A stretch of 32,000 nucleotides of DNA from Longivirga aurantiaca (GTDB lineage Bacteria > Actinomycetota > Actinomycetes > S36-B12 > CAIYMF01): positions 510,001-542,000 of the forward strand of contig NZ_JBHSTI010000008.1 of the NCBI RefSeq assembly GCF_042660085.1, in the 5' to 3' direction. Shown in pieces: positions 26,471-32,000 of the stretch. Each line of letters begins with the position of its first letter. The first letter of the stretch is position 1. Made by a program: the position numbers and the translations under genes. The notes under the pieces were generated by a model. That model was given only the letters and a program-made list of their open reading frames with translations, was not told the origin of the DNA and made no database searches.

Positions 26471-26596
26471 ACCCGTCCCTCTGTACGCCGCAACCGTCGC
26501 GGGAATCCTCGCACGCGGCCCTCTGCCACCGACGAATCCGCGCCGGACGCGGGTCCTCGCGCACGCACCGGTGGGCGCGGCCGTAGGGTCGGGCGG

Positions 26597-28027
26597 GTGA
26601 GCGACCCGCAGCCCGATCCCGCCGTCCGCCAGCACGTGCTCGAGCATCGGCAGGCGCTCGTCGACGCGCTCCTCGAGTGGCTGCGCATCCCCAGCATCAG
26701 CGCCGATCCCGACCACGCCGACGACGTCTCGCGCAGCGCCGACTGGTTCGTGCAGCGCCTGCTTGCTGCCGGGTTCCCCGAGGTCGAGGTGTGGTCCACC
26801 CCGGGCCTCCCGACGGTGTACGCCGAGTGGCCGAGCGACGACCCCGACGCGCCGACCGTCGTGGTCTACGGGCACCACGACGTGCAGCCCGTCGACCCGA
26901 TCGAGCTGTGGGACTCCGCGCCGTTCGAGCCGTTCGTGCGGGCCACGGCGTACGGCGAGGAGCTCGTCGGCCGCGGTGCGATCGACGACAAGGGGCAGAT
27001 GGTCTACCACCTGTTCGGGCTCGCGGCGCACCTCGCGGCCACCGGCCGTACGAGCCCTGCCGTCACGCTCAAGGTGATCGTCGAGGGCGAGGAGGAGTCG
27101 GGCTCGACGCACTTCCGCCAGCTGCTCCTCGACAACCGCGAGCGGCTCCGCTGCGACGTCGTGGTGGTGAGCGACAGCGGCGTGTACGACCGCAGCACGA
27201 TCTCGGTCGTCACCGGCATGCGCGGCATGATCGAGTGCCAGCTCGACCTGCGCGGGCCGGCGGGCGACGTGCACTCCGGCTCGTTCGGCGGCGCGATCCC
27301 GAACCCGGCAACGGTCGCGGCCCGCCTCGTGGCGGCCCTTCATGACGCCGACCACCGCGTGACGCTCCCCGGCTACTACGACGGCGTCGTGCCTCTCACC
27401 GACCGGGAGCGCGAGCTCATCGCCGCGCTCCCGTTCGACGAGTCCCGGTGGCTCGAGGGAGCCCGCTCGAGCGGGACCGACGGCGAGGCCGGCTACTCCA
27501 CGCTCGAGCGGGTCTGGGCGCGACCGACCGCTGAGGTCAACGGGATCTGGGGCGGCTACACGGGCCCCGGGGGCAAGACGATCGTGCCGAGCGAGGCGCA
27601 TGTGAAGCTGTCGTTCCGTCTGGTCGCCGGCCAGCGCAACGAGGACGTGATGACGGCGATGGAGGCCTGGCTCGACGACAGGCGGGCCGACGGCGCGGTG
27701 CCGGCCGGCATCGACGTCACCGCGACGTTCCCGCGGATCGGTGTGCGCCCGTGCCTCACCCCGCTCGACCACCCCGCCCTGCAGAGCGTCACGCGCGCGA
27801 TGGCCCGCGCGTTCGAGACCGAGGTGCTCTACACCCGCGAGGGCGGCAGCGGCCCGGAGGCAGACCTCGCCGACGTTCTCGAGGCGCCGGTCGTCTTCCT
27901 CGGCGTCGGGCTCCCCGACGACCGCATCCACGCGCCGAACGAGAAGGCCGACATCGAGTTCCTCCTCAAGGGGGCCGAGGCGGTCGCCTATCTCTGGGAC
28001 GACCTCGCCACCACCTGGGAGCGCTGA
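26597..28027 (+). CDS. M20-family dipeptidase, 476 aa
   Basis: VVVYGHHDVQPVDPIELWDSAPFEP, YGEELVGRGAIDDKGQM, VIVEGEEESGS, TREGGSGPEADL. Confidence 0.94.
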   Translation: MSDPQPDPAVRQHVLEHRQALVDALLEWLRIPSISADPDHADDVSRSADWFVQRLLAAGFPEVEVWSTPGLPTVYAEWPSDDPDAPTVVVYGHHDVQPVDPIELWDSAPFEPFVRATAYGEELVGRGAIDDKGQMVYHLFGLAAHLAATGRTSPAVTLKVIVEGEEESGSTHFRQLLLDNRERLRCDVVVVSDSGVYDRSTISVVTGMRGMIECQLDLRGPAGDVHSGSFGGAIPNPATVAARLVAALHDADHRVTLPGYYDGVVPLTDRERELIAALPFDESRWLEGARSSGTDGEAGYSTLERVWARPTAEVNGIWGGYTGPGGKTIVPSEAHVKLSFRLVAGQRNEDVMTAMEAWLDDRRADGAVPAGIDVTATFPRIGVRPCLTPLDHPALQSVTRAMARAFETEVLYTREGGSGPEADLADVLEAPVVFLGVGLPDDRIHAPNEKADIEFLLKGAEAVAYLWDDLATTWER

Positions 28028-28032
28028 ACTCG

Positions 28033-28995
28033 TTGCCGGACAAGGGATTGCTCGACTCACTGGCGCTCGCGCGCGGTTCCATCGACCGTGCGGCCGAGCG
28101 GCGCGAGGACGAGGCCTGGCTGGCGGCAGCCTGGGCCGACCAGTCGTCCCGCGTGCTCGTCATCCACCACGGCCGGGCCCCAGCGGTCATCGACCCCGAC
28201 GGTGCAGGGGCGCCCGGGACCGTGGCCCTGCACTACGTGCCGTCGCTGGAGGCGCCGGACGGCGGGATCCGCGTGCTGCTCGCCGTCGTCGACGACGTCA
28301 CCTACTTCGGGCTGCTCCTCGACGTCGCGGAGGATGCGCCGCCCGAGCATCCCGGCACCAGATGGCTGGGGCTCCGTGAGATCGGCGCCGCGCTGGGCGA
28401 CGTCGACGCCGGGGTGATGGTCGCGGCCGTCGCGCTGGCCAACTGGCACGCGACGCACCCGCGCTGCCCGCGCTGCGGGGTGCCGACGCTGCCGACCCAG
28501 GCCGGCTGGTCGCGCACCTGCCCGGACGACGAGAGCCAGCACTTCCCGCGCAGCGACCCCGCGGTGATCGTGCTCGTGCGCGACGCCGACGACCGGGCAC
28601 TGCTGGGTCGCCGCATCGACTGGCCCGTCAGCTTCTTCTCGACCCTCGCGGGCTTCGTCGAGGCGGGGGAGTCCGCCGAGGCGGCGGTGCTGCGCGAGCT
28701 GTCCGAGGAGGCCGGCGTCGACATCGACCCCGGCGCCCTGGACTACCTCGGCTCGCAGCCGTGGCCGTTCCCCTCGAGCCTCATGCTCGGCTACCACGCG
28801 CGGCTGGCACCCGGGTCGCGCGTCGCGATCCCCGACGGGGTCGAGATCGAGGAGGTGCGGTGGTTCACCCGCGAGGAGATGCATGCGGCCTGCGAGAGCG
28901 GCGAGCTGCGCATCCCGCCCGCGGTGTCCATCGCCCGCAGGCTCATCGAGGCCTGGTACGGCGGCGAGCTGCCGGGAGCCTGGTCCCGTCCATGA
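28033..28995 (+). CDS. nudC: NAD(+) diphosphatase NudC, 320 aa
   Basis: CPRCGVPTLPTQAGWSRTCPDD zinc site, Nudix box GFVEAGESAEAAVLRELSEEAGV, SQPWPFPSSLM motif. TTG start inferred. Confidence 0.92.
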   Translation: MPDKGLLDSLALARGSIDRAAERREDEAWLAAAWADQSSRVLVIHHGRAPAVIDPDGAGAPGTVALHYVPSLEAPDGGIRVLLAVVDDVTYFGLLLDVAEDAPPEHPGTRWLGLREIGAALGDVDAGVMVAAVALANWHATHPRCPRCGVPTLPTQAGWSRTCPDDESQHFPRSDPAVIVLVRDADDRALLGRRIDWPVSFFSTLAGFVEAGESAEAAVLRELSEEAGVDIDPGALDYLGSQPWPFPSSLMLGYHARLAPGSRVAIPDGVEIEEVRWFTREEMHAACESGELRIPPAVSIARRLIEAWYGGELPGAWSRP

Positions 28996-29008
28996 CCGAG
29001 GGACGACG

Positions 29009-29044
29009 TCGGCCCCCGACCGCAGCGGCTGCGATCGGGGGCCG
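29009..29044. terminator. Stem-loop terminator between convergent nudC and VOC genes
   Basis: TCGGCCCC(C)GA...TCGGGGCCGA arms with nested CGCAG-CGG-CTGCG. Confidence 0.6.
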
Positions 29045-29061
29045 ATGACGTACGCCGTGCG

Positions 29062-29484
29062 TCAGCCCATGGGCAGGCGCTGGGTGACGCGGTACTGGTT
29101 GCCGGTGGGGTCGCGGAAGCCGAAGTCGATGCCGTACGGCTGCTGGTTCGGCTTGTCGATGGTCTCGACGCCGTTCGCGACGAGCGCGTCGTACACCGCC
29201 AGTGCGTCGTCGACGGTGAAGAACACGGCCGTGGCGAAGCCCTTGGCCGCGATGTCCTCCACCTGCGCCTTGGTCGCCTCGTCCATGACGGGCGGCCCAG
29301 GGATGGCCATGAGCACCATGGCGGTTCCGTCCTGGCCCTTCGGCCCGACGGTGAGCCACCGGAAGTTGCCGAGCTCGGCGACGGTGACGTCCTCCTTGAT
29401 CTCGAAGCCGACCTTGTCGGTCCAGAAGGAGGCCGCCTCGTCCTGGTCGCGGACCCAGATCTGGGTGGTGGAGAGCGTGAGCAT
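29062..29484 (-). CDS. VOC/glyoxalase-fold protein, 140 aa
   Basis: MLTLSTTQIWVRDQDEAASFWTDKVGFEIKEDVTVAELGNFRWLTVGPKG...QPYGIDFGFRDPTGNQYRVTQ. Confidence 0.92.
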   Translation of the reverse strand: MLTLSTTQIWVRDQDEAASFWTDKVGFEIKEDVTVAELGNFRWLTVGPKGQDGTAMVLMAIPGPPVMDEATKAQVEDIAAKGFATAVFFTVDDALAVYDALVANGVETIDKPNQQPYGIDFGFRDPTGNQYRVTQRLPMG

Positions 29485-29530
29485 GGGCTGACCTTCCGTC
29501 GTCGTCGTGGTGCCCCGAACCTAGGGCGCG

Positions 29531-30031
29531 TCAGGACGCCCGGTCTTCTCCGTTCGTGCTGCCCTTCACGGGCCTGCCGTACGCGCGGAGCATGCACCCC
29601 GGGATCGTGATCAGCTCGGCGGCAGGTGGGAACGACGCGCGGTAGGCGGTGGGGGACTTGCCGTACGCAGTGGTGAAGCTCGTGGTGAACGAGCCGACGC
29701 TCGTGAGCCCGACGCGCATGCAGATGTCGGCCACGGACCAGTCGGTGCTGCGCAGGAGCGTCGCCGCGCGCTCGAGACGGCGCGTGAGCAGATAGGAGTA
29801 CGGCGACTCGCCGAACGCGCGCTTGAACTCGCGGCTGAAGTGGGCGCGCGACAGATGCGCGGCCGCCGCGAGGTCGTCGACCGTGAGCGGCTCGGAGTAC
29901 CGCTGGTCGGCGAGGTCGCGCGCCCGCGTGAGGTGGCGGACCGGCGCGGTCGCGGGGGTGGACGGCACCGGCCCAGCGTAGGCACCGGGACCGACGAGCG
30001 GGAGCGCCGGCGCCGGCGTCTGCCAGGACAC
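29531..30031 (-). CDS. AraC-family transcriptional regulator, 166 aa
   Basis: LTVDDLAAAAHLSRAHFSREFKRAFGESPYSYLLTRRLERAATLLRSTDWSVADICMRVGLTSVGSFTTSFTTAYGKSPTAYR. Confidence 0.93.
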   Translation of the reverse strand: MSWQTPAPALPLVGPGAYAGPVPSTPATAPVRHLTRARDLADQRYSEPLTVDDLAAAAHLSRAHFSREFKRAFGESPYSYLLTRRLERAATLLRSTDWSVADICMRVGLTSVGSFTTSFTTAYGKSPTAYRASFPPAAELITIPGCMLRAYGRPVKGSTNGEDRAS

Positions 30032-30109
30032 CGCGGCGGTTGCCGCCCTAGCGTGGTGCTGTCCGCAGCGGAGTGCCGTGGGGCGCCCGCGACGCGGGCG
30101 GAGGCGGTC

Positions 30110-31366
30110 ATGAGCGGCTCCATCACGCCGACGGCGCCTGCCCCGTACGAGCAGGGGCCGTCGGTCGGCACCACACCTTCAGCAGCCCCGCGCCACCGCG
30201 GTCGCCGGGCCCTGGTCGTCCTCGCAGCCACCCTCGCCGTGCTGCTGGGGATCTTCTACCTCGGGGGAGGCTGGTACTTCTCCAGCCAGATCGAGTCGGG
30301 TGCGCTCGCGAGCACACCGGGTCCGATGGCCCCGTCGTACAACCTGACCGTGACGGTGGTCGAGCCGGGCTCGGTCACCTACCGGTCCTCCGGCGACCTC
30401 TCGCCGTCCTTCGAGCAGGCCTCGAGCTATGCGCTGCTCTGGGAGGGCGGCTGGGCGCACGTCGGTCCGCCGACGGACGTCGTCGACGGCGCGGTCACGC
30501 GCCCGATGAGCGACGTCACCGGTACGCCGCCCGAGGCGGGCACCCCGGCCGCGCTCGAGCGCGACTGGTACATCGGCGACCCCCAGACGGCGCTCGGCTA
30601 TGCGTTCGAGGACGTCGTGGTGACGAGCGTCCACGGCCAGCTCCCCGCGTGGTACGTGCCGGCGGCAGAGGCGTCCACCTGGACAGCCGTGATGGTGCAC
30701 GGACGCGACGGGTTCCGCCGCGAGACCCTCCGGGCGGCCGAGATCGCGCACAAGGCCGGGTACAACGTGCTCGCCATCACCTATCTCGGCGACTACGGGA
30801 ACATGCCGTACGCCGACGGTCATCTCGGCTTCGGCACCACCGAGTGGCCGGACGTCGAGGCCGCTGTGCAGTGGGCCGTCGCGCGCGGCACGACGGACGT
30901 GGTCCTGGTGGGCAACTCCATGGGTACCACCGTCATCTCCGCCTTCCTGCGCGAGTCCGAACGCGCGTCGCTGGTTCGCGGCATGGTGCTCGACTCGGCG
31001 GCGATCGACCTGGCGCAGACGGTCGAGGCCGGTGCGGCCCAGGTGTCGCTGCCGGTCCTCGGTGCTCCACCGTCGAGCCTCGTCGCGGTCGCGGAGTGGT
31101 TCGCGCAGCTCAGGTTCGGCGTGGACTGGGACTACCTCGACTACGCCGACGACGCGATGTGGGACACGGTTCCGACGCTCGCGCTGCACGGGTCGGAGGA
31201 TCCGACCGTCACCGTTCAGGTGAGTCGCGACTTCGCCGCCATGCACCCGGAAACCGTTCAGTACGAGGAGTTCCCGGGCGCTCAGCACGTGGAGTCGTGG
31301 AACACCGATCGTGCGCGCTACGAAGCCGTGCTGTCCGCGTTCCTCACGGAGGTCCGGACCGGCTGA
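30110..31366 (+). CDS. Alpha/beta hydrolase family protein with N-terminal TM anchor, 418 aa
   Basis: N-terminal ALVVLAATLAVLLGIFYLGGGWYFSSQI; core AVMVHGRDGFRRETLRAAEIAHKAGYNVLAITYLGDYG...TDVVLVGNSMGTTVISAFL...LALHGSEDPTV. Confidence 0.88.
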   Translation: MSGSITPTAPAPYEQGPSVGTTPSAAPRHRGRRALVVLAATLAVLLGIFYLGGGWYFSSQIESGALASTPGPMAPSYNLTVTVVEPGSVTYRSSGDLSPSFEQASSYALLWEGGWAHVGPPTDVVDGAVTRPMSDVTGTPPEAGTPAALERDWYIGDPQTALGYAFEDVVVTSVHGQLPAWYVPAAEASTWTAVMVHGRDGFRRETLRAAEIAHKAGYNVLAITYLGDYGNMPYADGHLGFGTTEWPDVEAAVQWAVARGTTDVVLVGNSMGTTVISAFLRESERASLVRGMVLDSAAIDLAQTVEAGAAQVSLPVLGAPPSSLVAVAEWFAQLRFGVDWDYLDYADDAMWDTVPTLALHGSEDPTVTVQVSRDFAAMHPETVQYEEFPGAQHVESWNTDRARYEAVLSAFLTEVRTG

Positions 31367-31392
31367 CTGGTCCTCCGACGCGCAGGCGCTGC

Positions 31393-31423
31393 CGGGCCGG
31401 CCAGCAGGACTGCTGCCGGCCCG
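31393..31423 (+). terminator. Stem-loop terminator candidate
   Basis: CGGGCCGGC(C)AGCAG-GA-CTGCTGCCGGCCC, downstream of the hydrolase gene. Confidence 0.6.
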
Positions 31424-31486
31424 ACCGCGCCGTCCGGGGGCACGAGGACCGGGACCGGCGAGCGGGTGGGCTAGCCTCGCGGCGTC

Positions 31487-32000
31487 ATGGATGCCGTCCT
31501 CGTCGCTGCTGCCGTCGTCACCCCTGAGCGCGTGCTGCGCCCCGGGTGGGTGCGCGTCGTCGGCGACCGCATCGATGGCGTGGGGGAGGGACCGCCGCTC
31601 GGCGGGGGCGTGACCGACCTCGGCGACTCGATCCTCGTCGCAGGCCTGGTCGACGTGCACTGCCACGGTGGCGGCGGGGAGTCGTTCGGCGCTGACGCCG
31701 AGGCCTCGGCCGGTGCGGCCGCAGCGCACCTGGCGCACGGCACGACCTCGGTGGTCGCCTCCCTCGTGAGCGGTCCGCAGGACCGCATGCTGCGCGAGAT
31801 CGCCTCTCTCGCAAGCCTTGTCGAGGACGGAGTGATAGCGGGCGTGCACCTCGAGGGGCCGTGGCTCTCGCACGCGCAGTGCGGCGCCCACGACCCGTCG
31901 CAGCTGCGCGCACCCTCTCCTGGCGAGGTGCGGGCGCTCCTCGCCAACCCCGTCGTGCGGATGGTGACGCTCGCCCCCGAGCTCGACGGCGCGCTCGACG
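31487..32000 (+). CDS. nagA: N-acetylglucosamine-6-phosphate deacetylase (N-terminal part, truncated by window edge)
   Basis: MDAVLVAAAVVTPERVLRPGWVRVVGDRIDGVG...LVAGLVDVHCHGGGGESFG...HGTTSVVASLVS...IAGVHLEGPWLSHAQCGAHDPSQL. Confidence 0.9.
   Translation, partial: MDAVLVAAAVVTPERVLRPGWVRVVGDRIDGVGEGPPLGGGVTDLGDSILVAGLVDVHCHGGGGESFGADAEASAGAAAAHLAHGTTSVVASLVSGPQDRMLREIASLASLVEDGVIAGVHLEGPWLSHAQCGAHDPSQLRAPSPGEVRALLANPVVRMVTLAPELDGALD

Noticed and set aside
24984-28060. Long Arg/Pro/Ala-rich ORFs on several frames (24984-26564, 25259 upstream part, 25256 upstream extension)
   Set aside because: Shadow reading frames of the acyltransferase and dipeptidase genes; no domain-like sequence in the extensions.
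1-32000. CRISPR arrays, tRNA, rRNA, prophage, toxin-antitoxin or biosynthetic clusters
   Set aside because: Scanned by eye; no regularly spaced repeats, no tRNA-like cloverleaf ends noticed, and no hallmark proteins. A tRNAscan/CRISPR finder run would be needed for certainty.

Overview
High-GC actinobacterial chromosomal window, probably Micrococcales-like (inferred from composition and gene content). It is dominated by housekeeping and accessory genes. Order: partial FtsX-type ABC exporter operon (-); DUF6328-like membrane protein (-); small CxxC protein (+); MBL-fold hydrolase (+); DoxX-family protein (+); unknown membrane protein (+); DUF389 membrane protein (-); SigE-family ECF sigma factor with membrane-anchored partner (+); AhpD-like CMD protein (-); MoeZ (+); Fer4_19-CDGSH iron-sulfur protein (-); pseudokinase fused to an LPG-synthase-TM/flippase domain (-); ATL/MGMT-like protein, AdnA-like and AdnB-like helicase-nucleases (+); second flippase-like protein (+); EEP-family hydrolase (-); acyltransferase-3 (-); M20 dipeptidase and NudC (+); AraC regulator with VOC protein (-); alpha/beta hydrolase (+); start of nagA (+). 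I saw no CRISPR array, transposase, phage module, tRNA or rRNA. I found no clear novel defence or biosynthetic system. The least explained signal is a pair of ~97-bp inverted repeats (about 91% identical by hand count), each with internal hairpin structure, bracketing the single-gene Fer4_19-CDGSH unit at 12616-13393, with a perfect 11-bp-arm hairpin near that gene's start. Secondary points are a 49-bp interrupted dyad at 25190-25238, an 18-bp palindrome near the ABC operon's candidate promoter, the pseudokinase-flippase fusion, and two untracked small CxxC ORFs. All alignments and coordinates were counted by eye.
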